This document shows, piece by piece, positions 50,816 through 60,727 of a stretch of DNA of 64,000 nt. Position 1 is the stretch's first letter. Each line of letters begins with the position of its first letter. This stretch comes from Minisyncoccota bacterium. Lineage in GTDB: Bacteria; Patescibacteriota; Minisyncoccia; Phycocordibacterales; SBAW01. The translations under genes were made by a program, and so were the position numbers. The DNA lies in NCBI GenBank assembly GCA_035546615.1, contig DASZWM010000003.1:92902-156901 (forward strand), in the 5' to 3' direction. The notes under the pieces are model-generated. The model did no database searches and had not been told where the DNA came from. It saw only the letters and a program-made list of their open reading frames with translations.

Positions 50816-51664
50816 TTACTGCTGTGCTCCGCGCTTGCCGACTTTGCGGCGGGAAACAATGAGGTAGTTGGAGTACTTCTTCGGGCGGCGAGACTTCTGG
50901 CCCTTGCCGGTGGGCTTGCCCCACATGGACTTCGCGCGACGCGTACCGCGGCCCTGGCGGCCTTCGCCTCCGCCGTACGGGTGGTCAACCGGGTTCATTG
51001 CAGTGCCGCGAACGGTCGGGCGGATGCCGAGCCAGCGGCTGCGGCCTGCTTTGCCGAGGTTCATGAGCTTGTTCTCAGGGTTGGAAACTTCGCCGAGGGT
51101 TGCCCAGCAGGTCTCAAGCACCTTGCGCACCTCCGAAGACGGCATCTTAAGGTCTACATAGCCGCCGTCGCGCGCGATAACCTCAATGTGCGTGCCTGCC
51201 GCGCGGCCAAGCTTGGCGCCGTTGCCCGGCTTTATCTCGACGTTGTATACGAATGCGCCGATCGGAACATTCTTAAGCGGCATACGATTGCCCGGAGTGG
51301 CTGCAGCCTCAGTCGCGGTCTCGATAACGTCCCCTACCCGGGCGGTCTGCGGGAGAAGCGCGTAGCGGCGCTCGCCGTCGCGGTACACCAGCACGCCGAT
51401 GAAGCCAGAACGGTTCGGATCATACTCGACGGTCTCTACCTTGGCCGGAACCTGCTTGTCGTAGAAAAAGTCCACCTCGCGGAACATGCGCTTGTGGCCG
51501 CCGCCCTTGTGGCGCACCGAAATGCGGCCCGCGTTGTCGCGGCCGGAACCGCGGCGCCCGCCCTTCGTAAGCGCCTTGTGCGGCTCGTTGGTTGTGAGCT
51601 TGCCGCGGAAGGTTACCGTGGTCATGCCGCGGCGCGATTTAGTATATGGTCGGTAGTGTTTCAT
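50816..51664 (-). CDS. rplB: 50S ribosomal protein L2
   Basis: typical L2 sequence. Confidence 0.9.
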   Translation of the reverse strand: MKHYRPYTKSRRGMTTVTFRGKLTTNEPHKALTKGGRRGSGRDNAGRISVRHKGGGHKRMFREVDFFYDKQVPAKVETVEYDPNRSGFIGVLVYRDGERRYALLPQTARVGDVIETATEAAATPGNRMPLKNVPIGAFVYNVEIKPGNGAKLGRAAGTHIEVIARDGGYVDLKMPSSEVRKVLETCWATLGEVSNPENKLMNLGKAGRSRWLGIRPTVRGTAMNPVDHPYGGGEGRQGRGTRRAKSMWGKPTGKGQKSRRPKKYSNYLIVSRRKVGKRGAQQ

Positions 51665-51695
51665 AAAATCTCTTTTTTAATTGGTCTAAATAAAT

Positions 51696-51983
51696 TTAGA
51701 CCAGCTCGATGGTCTCCCCCTTCTTGAGGAACACGTATGCCTTCTTTCCTGCGCTAGTTTTGCCCTTGCGGTTAGTACGGCGGGTGAGCACTGCCTTGCG
51801 GGGAACAGCGACAATGCGTACGAAGCGAGGAGTGACCTTGTAGACGGTCTGCACCGCATCCGCAATCTCCTTCTTGTTGGCATCCATCGCCACGTTGAAG
51901 ACATAGACGCTATGCTCAGAAAGGTATGCGCCTTTTTCCGTGATGCGGGGCGAGAGCAGTATGTGGGTGTGAGAGCGTTTCAT
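51696..51983 (-). CDS. rplW: 50S ribosomal protein L23
   Basis: typical L23 sequence. Confidence 0.85.
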   Translation of the reverse strand: MKRSHTHILLSPRITEKGAYLSEHSVYVFNVAMDANKKEIADAVQTVYKVTPRFVRIVAVPRKAVLTRRTNRKGKTSAGKKAYVFLKKGETIELV

Positions 51984-51984
51984 A

Positions 51985-52704
51985 TTATTTCTTTACCACC
52001 TTCTTAGCGCCCAAGGTCTCCATAGCGGCGGCCGGCTCTGCAATGATGAGGTACTTGCTGGAGAGGACCGATACCGGGTTCAGGTTGCGCACCTCCACCA
52101 TCTCGACATTACCGAAGTTCTGGAAGCTCTTCTGCGTTGCAACATGCACGCGCGGAATAGCGATAAGCGCGGCGTTCTTTGCCTTCGAAAGGCCGGAGAA
52201 GGTCTTGCCGAGCGCTGCAAGGAGTATCTTGGCCTGTGCGGTCTTCGGGCTGCTCAACTCAAGCGAGTCTATAAAGAGCACCTCCCCGTCCTTGTACTTG
52301 CGGGAAAGGGTCACGAGGAGCGCCTTCTGGCGGGCCTGGCGGTTTATCTTCTGGGCGTAGATCTTCTCGTTGCGAGGACCGTGGGTAACGCCGCCGCCCT
52401 TCCATATAGGAGAGCGCGAGGAGCCATGGCGGGCGCGGCCGGTGCCCTTTTGCTTCCAAGGCTTCTTGCCGCCGCCGCGAACCTCGCCCCGGTCTTTAGT
52501 ATGAGCGACCGGGCCGCGAGCATTGGCCTGCATCGCGGTAACCACCTGGTGCACGAGGTCGGCATTCCAAGGAAGTCCGAAGATGTTCTCCGGAAGCATG
52601 AAGGTGCCGGCCGACTTGCCGTCCTTGTTGAAGACGGAAGCCTCCATCTTGTTGCCGGCCGGAGCGGCCTTCTCTACTTTCTTTGTTTTGGTAGTGGTAG
52701 CCAT
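51985..52704 (-). CDS. rplD: 50S ribosomal protein L4
   Basis: typical L4 sequence. Confidence 0.9.
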   Translation of the reverse strand: MATTTKTKKVEKAAPAGNKMEASVFNKDGKSAGTFMLPENIFGLPWNADLVHQVVTAMQANARGPVAHTKDRGEVRGGGKKPWKQKGTGRARHGSSRSPIWKGGGVTHGPRNEKIYAQKINRQARQKALLVTLSRKYKDGEVLFIDSLELSSPKTAQAKILLAALGKTFSGLSKAKNAALIAIPRVHVATQKSFQNFGNVEMVEVRNLNPVSVLSSKYLIIAEPAAAMETLGAKKVVKK

Positions 52705-52709
52705 AAAAA

Positions 52710-53342
52710 TTATGATGTTGCAGCAGTGCCGCGGATCTCAACTACCGTACCGCGGCGGCCGGGAACGGCGCCTGCGAGAACGAGCTCGTTGGTCTCGGGA
52801 AGTATCTGGAGTATCGGAAGGTTGCGGACGGTTACGCGGTCAGAACCCATGCGGCCCGCCATGCGCATGCCCTTGGCAACGCGGCCTCCCGCGCGGCCGC
52901 CTGAGCCGCCTATGGAGCCCGGTGCGCGCTCGGAGTGCTTCTGGCCGTGGGAGCGAGGACCGCCGTGGAAGCCGTGGCGCTTAACGACGCCCTGGAAGCC
53001 GCGGCCCTTGGAAATAGCCGAAACGGTTACCTTCTCCCCTACTGCGAATGCGGAGAGGTCTACGACTGCGCCGACCTCAACATCTGCCGCGCCGCCCTTG
53101 AGATTGATCTCGCGGAAATGGCGGAGCGCTTTGCCCTTCGTGTGGCCCATCTGCGCCTTGCTGACGTGCTTGGGGGTCGTCTCGACGCCGCCGATCTGGA
53201 CTGCGGAATAGCCGTCCTTCTCCACCGTCTTTATCTGGGTTACCAGGTTAGGAGCGGCGTTTATGACGGTAGCGGCAAAAGCCTGTCCCTCTTCGGTATA
53301 GACAGTAGTCATTTTGCCCTTTGTTCCAAGGATGAATTTCAT
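52710..53342 (-). CDS. rplC: 50S ribosomal protein L3
   Basis: typical L3 sequence. Confidence 0.9.
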   Translation of the reverse strand: MKFILGTKGKMTTVYTEEGQAFAATVINAAPNLVTQIKTVEKDGYSAVQIGGVETTPKHVSKAQMGHTKGKALRHFREINLKGGAADVEVGAVVDLSAFAVGEKVTVSAISKGRGFQGVVKRHGFHGGPRSHGQKHSERAPGSIGGSGGRAGGRVAKGMRMAGRMGSDRVTVRNLPILQILPETNELVLAGAVPGRRGTVVEIRGTAATS

Positions 53343-53359
53343 AACTTAGCGTAGTGAGT

Positions 53360-53383
53360 GAGAAGAAAATGTATTTTCTTCTC
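53360..53383 (-). promoter_or_regulatory. Leader hairpin (11-bp stem) 17 nt upstream of rplC start
   Basis: gagaagaaaat-gt-attttcttctc flanked by AGTGAGTGAG / GGAGCGAC. Confidence 0.4.
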
Positions 53384-53493
53384 CGAACGGAGCGACAGTT
53401 ATATCGGGGGATTTTCCCGCTATGTTGTCTGTAGGTCCCTCTGCTTGGCCCAAGGCCTGGGACGCGGATCAACTCTTATGTAGAGTCCCAAAG

Positions 53494-53522
53494 AATATAC
53501 ATCAGAGCCTTAATTTATGCAA
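53494..53522 (-). promoter_or_regulatory. Sigma-70-type promoter TTGCAT-N17-TATATT for rplC-rplD-rplW-rplB
   Basis: minus-sense TTGCATaaattaaggctctgatgTATATTcttt at edge of AT-rich island. Confidence 0.55.
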
Positions 53523-53544
53523 ATAGTGATGATAAACTTAGTAT

Positions 53545-53961
53545 ATGAACATTTTTGAGATAATTGGATTTATATTTCTTATAAGTGCCTTTTTAATGGG
53601 ATTTGGTTATAATTTATTTACAGATTTCCTTTGGTTTAAATGGCTGCATAAGTGGGTGCCTGAGCAATTCCGAGAGCGTAAAAACATTCAAAAACCTTTT
53701 TCTCTTATGGCTTCTGAATATTTCAAAAATAACTTCTTTGCATTTACTAGTCCCTCAAATCCTCCTGATCCAATGTTTCAAAGGCCTCTTACCCTTCTAC
53801 TTCCTATGATCTTAACCGTTGTTAGCTTGATGATAGCTGGCATATCATTGGTTGAGGCTCCATTTTTTGAATGTCTTATAGGCGTAATTGTTTTTCTCGC
53901 TATTAGTCTGTTCTTTATAGTACGTCTAGCAAAAAGACAGATCAAAAACCATACTTGGTAG
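53545..53961 (+). CDS. Hypothetical 138-aa membrane protein encoded in AT-rich island
   Basis: AT-rich codon usage distinct from host; 3-4 TM helices; hairpin gcctcatc-aaaaat-gatgaggc downstream. Confidence 0.5.
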   Translation: MNIFEIIGFIFLISAFLMGFGYNLFTDFLWFKWLHKWVPEQFRERKNIQKPFSLMASEYFKNNFFAFTSPSNPPDPMFQRPLTLLLPMILTVVSLMIAGISLVEAPFFECLIGVIVFLAISLFFIVRLAKRQIKNHTW

Positions 53962-54210
53962 AAAATAAGGGCAAGAATAAAGCCTCATCAAAAATGATGA
54001 GGCGGATGGGGAGGGAGAGGAGGGTGGGGAAAAAAGAGAAGAAAGAACTAGATGGAATGATGGAGTGGGAGAGCGTGTAAAAACAGAGGCTCAGGAAGGA
54101 TGCGAGAGTACCGTAAGCGAGCGCGCTATATGGTTTCCCATCGCAGACCTCCGCTGTCAGTCAGTCCGTTTATGAGAACCGGGCACGACGCAAAAGGTTA
54201 CATACACGAA

Positions 54211-54234
54211 AAGGCCTCCGCGCGGAGGCCTTTT
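54211..54234. terminator. Palindromic GC hairpin with flanking A/T runs (possible bidirectional terminator, end of candidate sRNA)
   Basis: gaaaaggcctccg-cgcggaggccttttcg. Confidence 0.4.
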
Positions 54235-54420
54235 CGTTCCAATTTCTTTGCTCAGCTTGCAGAGTGTGCCCTGTGGGCTGCAAACGGAACAAAAAACCCG
54301 ACCTATAGTTCGGGCGAAATTAACGCCTATGTGTCGCGACTAAAGGACAAAACCGTACTGAGCGTCTTGTTCTAAGTATATGAATTGCTCATCTTTAGTC
54401 AATAAAATTTTCCACAAAAA

Positions 54421-54448
54421 CAAAAACTCCCGCCGAAGCGGGAGTTTT
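54421..54448 (-). terminator. Rho-independent terminator directly downstream of rpsJ
   Basis: minus-sense aaaaactcccgc-ttcg-gcgggagtttttgtttttgtgg. Confidence 0.6.
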
Positions 54449-54492
54449 TCGAATGCCATTCTTTTTGATTTGTAAAAATGTCCTAGCTAACG

Positions 54493-54870
54493 CTATGCCA
54501 TTTTTACGTCGATAGTGACACCGGAAGGAAGTGAGAGGTTCGTGAGAGCCTCGATGACCTTGGCAGACGGATCGAGGATGTCGATGACGCGCTTATGGAT
54601 GCGCATCTCGAACTGCTCGCGCGCGTCCTTGTAGACGAAGGTCGAGCGGTTGACCGTGTACTTCTTTATCTCGGTCGGCAGCGGTATCGGGCCTGCGACC
54701 TTCGCGTCGTAGCGAAGCGCGGTGTCGAGTATCTGCTTGATGCTCGCATCAAGCACCTTGTGCTCGTACGCGCGGACCTTGATGCGAAGGCGCTGGACTG
54801 CGGCCGGGGCGGCTGCGCGGCGTGCGCGCTTAGGAGCTGCTTTCTTCTCTGCTATTGGTTCGGTAGCCAT
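54493..54870 (-). CDS. rpsJ: 30S ribosomal protein S10 (with ~25-aa basic N-terminal extension)
   Basis: [25 protein letters not shown]... Confidence 0.85.
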   Translation of the reverse strand: MATEPIAEKKAAPKRARRAAAPAAVQRLRIKVRAYEHKVLDASIKQILDTALRYDAKVAGPIPLPTEIKKYTVNRSTFVYKDAREQFEMRIHKRVIDILDPSAKVIEALTNLSLPSGVTIDVKMA

Positions 54871-54881
54871 ACTTTTTTATT

Positions 54882-54902
54882 GGCAGACAACGAGTTGTCT
54901 GC
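54882..54902 (-). promoter_or_regulatory. Leader hairpin 12 nt upstream of rpsJ start
   Basis: gcagacaac-tcg-ttgtctgc followed by AAUAAAAAAGUAUG. Confidence 0.35.
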
Positions 54903-55013
54903 TTTGAGTCTAGTTCTCCTGTTCTCCAGGTAACCTATACTCGGTTAGCTTACGCTTACAGATAATGGGAACGCTCATCACTATGGCCTAGATTACGAAT
55001 AATTGCAACACGA

Positions 55014-55038
55014 AAAAGTCCCGCCTACGCGGGACTTT
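55014..55038 (-). terminator. Rho-independent terminator after tuf
   Basis: minus-sense aaaaagtcccgc-gtag-gcgggactttttcg. Confidence 0.65.
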
Positions 55039-55071
55039 TTCAGCAACGTCTTTTTGATTTAAAATTGTTGC

Positions 55072-56268
55072 TTAAGCAACAATTTTCGTCACAACGCCTG
55101 CACCGACGGTCTTGCCGCCCTCGCGAACCGCGAAGCGGGTCTGCGCCTCGAGCGCAACCGGCGCCGTGAGCTTGACCTTGAAGGTGATGGTGTCGCCCGG
55201 CATGACCATTTCTACGCCTGCCGGAAGGGTTACCTCGCCGGTAACGTCGGTCGTGCGGATGTAGAACTGGGGCTTGTAGCCGGTGAAGAACGGCGTGTGG
55301 CGGCCGCCCTCCTCCTTGTTGAGGACGTATACCTCGCCCTCGAACTCGGTGTGGGGGGTAACGGAGCCGGGCTTCGAAAGCACCTGGCCGCGGTGGATGT
55401 CATCCTTGGCGGTACCGCGCAGGAGAAGGCCCGCGTTGTCGCCTGCCTGGCCCTGGTCGAGCTGCTTGTTGAACATCTCGATGCCGGTAATGGTTGTCTT
55501 TGCGGTCGGAACGAGGCCGACGATCTCGACTTCCTCGCCTACCTTGATGACGCCGCGCTCGATGCGGCCGGTAACCACCGTGCCGCGTCCTTCTATAGAG
55601 AAGATGTCTTCAACCGGCATAAGGAACGGCTTGTCGAGCTCGCGGGTCGGCATCGGGATGTAGGTGTCGAGCGTGTTTACGAGCTCAAGCACCTTCTTCG
55701 CCCACTCGTCGTCGAGGGTCTTTGCTTCAAGAGCCTTGAGGCCCGAGCCGCGGATGACCGGAGAGTCGGTGTAGCCCTGCTTCTTGAGGAGGTCCTTCAC
55801 TTCCTCTTCCACGAGGTCTACGAGGTCCTTGTCGTCGACCATGTCCACCTTGTTGAGGAAGACGATGATCTTCGGCACGCCGACCTGCTTGGCGAGGAGG
55901 ATGTGCTCGCGTGTCTGGGGCATTGCGCCGTCAGTCGCGGCAACCACGAGGATGGCGCCGTCCATTTGGGCGGCTCCGGTGATCATGTTCTTGATGTAGT
56001 CCGCGTGGCCCGGAGCGTCGATGTGGGCGTAGTGGCGGTTCGGCGTCTCGTACTCCGAGTGGTGGAGCGCGATGGTAATGCCGCGGGCCTTTTCCTCGGG
56101 AGCGTTGTCGATGCCGTCGACGGCCTCGACGCGCGCGCCGTAGCCCTGGCCCTTAGCGAGGTCGAGCACGTGGAGAATCGACGCGGTAAGCGTCGTCTTT
56201 CCGTGGTCGACGTGACCGATGGTGCCGACGTTTACGTGCGGCTTTGTCCTGTCAAATGAATCTGCCAT
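55072..56268 (-). CDS. tuf: Elongation factor Tu
   Basis: [19 protein letters not shown] motifs; 398 aa. Confidence 0.95.
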   Translation of the reverse strand: MADSFDRTKPHVNVGTIGHVDHGKTTLTASILHVLDLAKGQGYGARVEAVDGIDNAPEEKARGITIALHHSEYETPNRHYAHIDAPGHADYIKNMITGAAQMDGAILVVAATDGAMPQTREHILLAKQVGVPKIIVFLNKVDMVDDKDLVDLVEEEVKDLLKKQGYTDSPVIRGSGLKALEAKTLDDEWAKKVLELVNTLDTYIPMPTRELDKPFLMPVEDIFSIEGRGTVVTGRIERGVIKVGEEVEIVGLVPTAKTTITGIEMFNKQLDQGQAGDNAGLLLRGTAKDDIHRGQVLSKPGSVTPHTEFEGEVYVLNKEEGGRHTPFFTGYKPQFYIRTTDVTGEVTLPAGVEMVMPGDTITFKVKLTAPVALEAQTRFAVREGGKTVGAGVVTKIVA

Positions 56269-56355
56269 AAATAAAATACCTAGTGAATAATACTTTTAAG
56301 ACCTTGTAACGCACACAGTGAGCACAGAAAAGCACGCCCTATCGCTTTAGAGCCA

Positions 56356-56383
56356 ATAGTAGCAGAAGCTGAAAAACAGTCAA
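56356..56383 (-). promoter_or_regulatory. Sigma-70-type promoter TTGACT-N16-TACTAT upstream of tuf
   Basis: minus-sense ggTTGACTgtttttcagcttctgcTACTATtgg, ~88-nt leader. Confidence 0.5.
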
Positions 56384-56405
56384 CCCGCCGCGCCTAGGCG
56401 CAGGG

Positions 56406-57404
56406 CTATCTTTCGAAGAGGGAGAGATACCCGTCCATGACCGCGGCCATGCCCGAGCCCATGAGGGAGAAGACGTGGCCTATATTTACTGCGCCGGGCA
56501 CTACGACCAGCTTCTTTTCAGGAGCCGAGGTCTTGTCGTCGCCCACAAAAACGGTCGCAAAGCACTGGCCTTCGCCCTTATCGTTATAGACCTTCTTTAG
56601 ATACGTCGTGGTTTCGGTCGGAGTAACGGTCACGGAGCCGGAAAGGTCCGTGCTTCTGCCGCCGTCGGCGGTGCTGACCTCAGTGGCATTCCTGCTTTCC
56701 CACTTCAAGGTAACGCTGTCGCCTGAGGAGACACGCTCTTTGCTTGCGCGAAGGGTGCAGACCGGCGACGTTGTTGAAGAAGCGCTTGAGAGGCCCGGGC
56801 GCGCCATAGGCTGGCTGCTCTGCGAATTGCCTGCACCGCTATTGGCGGAAGTGCCGCCGCAGCGCTCCATAAGGAGCTGGCGGGTCTTCGGGCCTGCGGC
56901 GCCGAAGCCGGTTGAGGCCGCATCGCCGGAGGAGGCGATGCCTTCCCTAGCCTGCCATGCCTTGAGAGCGGCCTCTGTTGTAGGGCCGAAATAGGTAGTG
57001 GTCGAGGCTTCCTTTAGATCGCCGGTGCGCTTGAGGAACTCCTGAAGCTTGGCGACATCGTCCCCTACCGCGCCGCGCACTAGGGTGCGGGCAAAGGCCA
57101 CGCATGCGCCCGCAGGCATTGTGCCGGGCTTTGCATCTGTGCCTTGCGGAGGCATCTTCGCCGCCATAGCCTTGAGCAACTCCTCGCGGGAGGCGCCCTT
57201 GAGCGCCAGCTGCACGTTCTCGAGCACAGCCTGCTCGGTGCCGAAGGACTTAAGCAGGCTCACGACCGCCTGAACCTGTTCCTGGGTCGGCCCGGCCGCG
57301 CGGGCGGGAGCCGGCAGTACCGCGTATGCGAGAAGGAGCGCGAAAACGACAACGAACATCTGCGCTGCCTTAAAAAGTGCGGCTGATACGGTCTTTGTTT
57401 GCAT
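56406..57404 (-). CDS. Secreted protein with peptidoglycan-binding (PG_binding_1-like) domain, inserted between fusA and tuf
   Basis: Signal/TM N-terminus; GDDVAKLQEFLKRTGDLKEASTTTYFGPTTEAALKAWQAREGI matches PGBD. Confidence 0.55.
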   Translation of the reverse strand: MQTKTVSAALFKAAQMFVVVFALLLAYAVLPAPARAAGPTQEQVQAVVSLLKSFGTEQAVLENVQLALKGASREELLKAMAAKMPPQGTDAKPGTMPAGACVAFARTLVRGAVGDDVAKLQEFLKRTGDLKEASTTTYFGPTTEAALKAWQAREGIASSGDAASTGFGAAGPKTRQLLMERCGGTSANSGAGNSQSSQPMARPGLSSASSTTSPVCTLRASKERVSSGDSVTLKWESRNATEVSTADGGRSTDLSGSVTVTPTETTTYLKKVYNDKGEGQCFATVFVGDDKTSAPEKKLVVVPGAVNIGHVFSLMGSGMAAVMDGYLSLFER

Positions 57405-57540
57405 GGTGCTTATAAATGCTATCCGCTAATTAATAAAGGGCACGGAAGAGGGCACGAGCTTTCGCTCGTGCCCTGATAGCCATAACTATAGCTCTTCCGT
57501 CATGCTCCACAAGGAGCTTGTGTGGATAACCAAAAAAGCC

Positions 57541-59691
57541 TTATTTGCGGCCTGCAACGATAGTTGCCGCGACGTTGGGAGGCACAACCTCGTAATGGTC
57601 GAATTCCATGGTGAAGCTGGCGCGGCCTTCGGTCATAGAGCGAAGCGCGGTGGTATAGCCGAACATTTCAGAAAGCGGCACCTTTGCCTTGACGGCGCGG
57701 GCGAGTCCGCGCTCTTCCATGCCTTCTATCTGTCCGCGCTTGGAGTTAAGGGAACCGGTGATGTCACCCATGAACTTCTCAGGCACCACGACCTCCACTT
57801 TCATAATAGGCTCAAGGAGAACCGGCTTTGCGGCCTTGGCCGCTTCCTGGAAGCCCATCGATGCCGCAATCTTAAAGGCGATTTCGGAGGAGTCGACGTC
57901 GTGGTAGGAGCCGTCGTAGAGCTCGCAGGAGATGTCCACCATCTTGAAGCCGGCCACGATGCCGCGCTCCATTGCCTCGCGCACGCCGTCCTCCACCGGA
58001 CCGATGAATTCGTTCGGAACCACGCCTCCCTTGATGTTATTGATGAATTCGAAATGCTCCTCGCGCGTGATGTTCTTGGAAACCTTCTTGTCGGGATCAA
58101 GCGGCTCAAGCGGCTTCAGGCGCAGGCGCACATGGCCGTACTGGCCCTTGCCGCCGGTCTGCTTGATGTATTTGCCTTCCGCCTCCGATTCCTTCTGGAT
58201 GGTCTCGCGGTATGCCACCTGCGGCTTGCCGACGTTGGCCTCCACGCCGAACTCGCGCTTCATGCGGTCGACAAGGATCTCGAGGTGCAGCTCTCCCATG
58301 CCGGAGATGAGCGTCTCCATGGTCTCGCTGTCGGTCGATACTTTAAATGTCGGGTCCTCGTCGGCGAGCTTCTTCATCGCCATGCCCATCTTTTCCTGGT
58401 CGGCCTTGGTCTTCGGCTCGATGCGCAGGGAGATAACCGGCTCCGGGAATTTGATCTGCTCGAGCTGTATGGGATTTGCCTCGTCGCACAGGGTATGCGA
58501 GGTGCGTGTGTCCTTAAGGCCAACCGCTGCCGCTATTTCTCCCGCGTATACCTTCTTCACTTCCTCGCGCTCGTTTGCCTGGAGGCGCACGATGCGGCCG
58601 AGTCGCTCCTTGGTGCCGGTCGTCGAGTTATACAAATACGAGCCCGCCTCGATGGTGCCGGAGTATACGCGGAAGAAGGTCAGCTGGCCCACGAACGGGT
58701 CGGCCTGGAGCTTGAATGCTAGGGCGGTAAAAGGCTCGTCATCGCTTGCCTGGCGCTGTATAGCATCGCCGGTGCGAGGATCGATGCCGGTAATAGGCGG
58801 CATGTCCACGGGCGAGGGCAGGTAGTCGACGACGGCGTCGAGCACGAGCTGCACGCCCTTGTTCTTGAGGGCGGAACCGGTATAGACCGGGAATATCTTG
58901 TTCGCGATAACCGCTTTGCGGAGCGTTGCTTTGAGCTGCTCCAGGGTCGGCTCTTTGCCGTCGAGGTATGCGGTCATGAGCGCGTCGTCATGCTCCACCA
59001 CGGCCTCGATAAGCTGGGCGCGGTACTTTGCCGCATCAGCCTTGAGGTTCTCGGGAACCTCCATCTCAACGACGTTCTCGCCCATCGAGCCTTCGAACTT
59101 GTAGGCCTTCATGGAAAGGAGATCAACGACGCCTTCGAAGTTGCCCTCTTCGCCAATCGGAAGCTGCATGCGCACCGCATGCTTGGTGAGGCGGTCAAGG
59201 ATGGACTGGAACGACTTTTCAAAAGAGGCGCCGGTGCGGTCGAGCTTGTTGATGAAGCAGACGCGCGGGACATTGGCCTCGTCGGCGTAGCGCCAGTTGG
59301 TCTCCGACTGCGGTTCCACGCCGGCAACGCCGTCGAACACGACGACCGCACCGTCGAGCACCCGCATGGAGCGCTTCACCTCGACGGTGAAGTCGATGTG
59401 TCCGGGGGTGTCGATGATATTGAAACGGAACTTCTTGGCCGGATCCTTCTTGTCGGGTTCGAGGGAAGGGCTCCAGAAGCAGGTGATGGCGGCGGCGGTG
59501 ATGGTGATGCCGCGCTCGCGCTCCTGTTCCATCCAGTCGGTCGTGGTCTCGCCCTCGTGCACCTCCCCTATCTTGTGCTGGGAGCCGGTGTAATACAGAA
59601 CGCGCTCAGACGTGGTCGTCTTGCCCGCATCGATATGCGCGATGATGCCGAAGTTGCGAACCTTCTCAAGTGGATAGTCTCTTCCTGCCAT
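57541..59691 (-). CDS. fusA: Elongation factor G
   Basis: [18 protein letters not shown], 716 aa. Confidence 0.9.
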   Translation of the reverse strand: MAGRDYPLEKVRNFGIIAHIDAGKTTTSERVLYYTGSQHKIGEVHEGETTTDWMEQERERGITITAAAITCFWSPSLEPDKKDPAKKFRFNIIDTPGHIDFTVEVKRSMRVLDGAVVVFDGVAGVEPQSETNWRYADEANVPRVCFINKLDRTGASFEKSFQSILDRLTKHAVRMQLPIGEEGNFEGVVDLLSMKAYKFEGSMGENVVEMEVPENLKADAAKYRAQLIEAVVEHDDALMTAYLDGKEPTLEQLKATLRKAVIANKIFPVYTGSALKNKGVQLVLDAVVDYLPSPVDMPPITGIDPRTGDAIQRQASDDEPFTALAFKLQADPFVGQLTFFRVYSGTIEAGSYLYNSTTGTKERLGRIVRLQANEREEVKKVYAGEIAAAVGLKDTRTSHTLCDEANPIQLEQIKFPEPVISLRIEPKTKADQEKMGMAMKKLADEDPTFKVSTDSETMETLISGMGELHLEILVDRMKREFGVEANVGKPQVAYRETIQKESEAEGKYIKQTGGKGQYGHVRLRLKPLEPLDPDKKVSKNITREEHFEFINNIKGGVVPNEFIGPVEDGVREAMERGIVAGFKMVDISCELYDGSYHDVDSSEIAFKIAASMGFQEAAKAAKPVLLEPIMKVEVVVPEKFMGDITGSLNSKRGQIEGMEERGLARAVKAKVPLSEMFGYTTALRSMTEGRASFTMEFDHYEVVPPNVAATIVAGRK

Positions 59692-59815
59692 ATATGGTTA
59701 GTAATTCAAAAAAATAGGCGCCCGAGGCGTACCTACAAGATACTAAAAACTGGCGGAAATGCAAACGGCGCCGAAGGCTTGTGGGCCTCCTGCGCCTGTT
59801 TGCTGCACCTCTCTC

Positions 59816-60466
59816 TTATTTCCAGAACGGCCAGAACTTGAAGTGGAAGTTCGAGAACCAGCTGAACCAGCCGTAGTGATTGCCGGGGGTAGTGGTGGCA
59901 TGCCAATCGTGGCCGTGGTCATCCCCGTCATGAGGATTCGAGTCGTCCTTGTCGCTCACGACTATGGTCGCCTTCCCTACCGTCTTTCCGGCCCAGATGC
60001 ACTGAACATTGTCGGGGCAAGCGTCCTGTATGAGCAGGGCGGTGTACGTGCCCGCCTTCGCGTACGTATGGGTGAGCGAGCACTGGGCCGGGCTCGACTG
60101 CAAGCATTCGCCGTACTTAGACCTAGAACCATCGCCAAAGTCTACCGTGTAGCGGTTAGGCTCCATGAGCTTGGAATAGAAGTCGACCTTGAGCGGCGCA
60201 TCGCCCCACTTCGGAGAAGCCGAGAAAGTATATGCGGCAGGCGCGGGATCGGCCGTTCCCGGACACTTGAACTCGCACTTGGGGCCCGAGCGTCCCACCC
60301 AGGAACCGTCTGGGCACTGCATCGCGTCCATTGTGCATACGGTCATGCCTGCGCCGGCAGAAGCGCCTATCGTATTCGCCTGAAGCACAAGCGGGGAAAG
60401 CACAAGGAGCGTGAACATTCCGAAGCCGGCTGAGGTAAGAGCGAAAGAAGTCTTAATCGTTTTCAT
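59816..60466 (-). CDS. Secreted PKD-like domain protein with His/Trp-rich C-terminal tail, inserted between rpsG and fusA
   Basis: Signal peptide; KVDFYSKLMEPNRYTVDFGDGS...HTYAKAGTYTALL PKD-like; tail HDGDDHGHDWH...WFSWFSNFHFKFWPFWK. Confidence 0.55.
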   Translation of the reverse strand: MKTIKTSFALTSAGFGMFTLLVLSPLVLQANTIGASAGAGMTVCTMDAMQCPDGSWVGRSGPKCEFKCPGTADPAPAAYTFSASPKWGDAPLKVDFYSKLMEPNRYTVDFGDGSRSKYGECLQSSPAQCSLTHTYAKAGTYTALLIQDACPDNVQCIWAGKTVGKATIVVSDKDDSNPHDGDDHGHDWHATTTPGNHYGWFSWFSNFHFKFWPFWK

Positions 60467-60547
60467 AGAGTTAAAAGTTAGCTGCTAAAAATTTAAATCG
60501 GGTACATAAGCGGAAAGCCCGCCTACTAGTATAGACGAAATAGAAAA

Positions 60548-60566
60548 GAGGCCCTTACCGGGCCTG
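60548..60566 (-). terminator. Candidate intrinsic terminator downstream of 25-aa mini-ORF
   Basis: minus-sense caggcccggtaagggcctc followed by uuuucuauuucg. Confidence 0.4.
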
Positions 60567-60577
60567 CTTCCTCCCTT

Positions 60578-60655
60578 CTATAAGATGTGGAACAGATATA
60601 AAAGGATAATCACGCCGACCGGGACCCCCAGCAGCCACAATAGTATTCCTTTCAT
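60578..60655 (-). CDS. Candidate 25-aa hydrophobic mini-protein (MKGILLWLLGVPVGVIILLYLFHIL)
   Basis: Short ORF between rpsG and PKD gene followed by terminator hairpin; no SD; below ORF-track cutoff. Confidence 0.2.
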   Translation of the reverse strand: MKGILLWLLGVPVGVIILLYLFHIL

Positions 60656-60727
60656 ACGTTCATGAAACACTACCGTACCTGAAGGAGAAATGAACATCTA
60701 CTCCCGCTTCCAAATTAGAATTTTGAA

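Larger units (their letters stand above)
53478..54095. other. AT-rich (~35% GC) island inserted between rpsJ and rplC; likely horizontally acquired
   Basis: Sharp compositional drop relative to ~62% GC flanks; carries + strand membrane-protein gene and divergent promoters. Confidence 0.55.

Noticed and set aside
52144-53211. 355-aa + strand ORF
   Set aside because: Antisense to rplD/rplC.
54100-54375. 91-aa + strand ORF
   Set aside because: Spans two terminator-like hairpins and has no SD; more likely non-coding structured RNA.
59759-60433. 224-aa + strand ORF
   Set aside because: Antisense to the PKD-domain secreted protein gene, which has a signal peptide and domain support.
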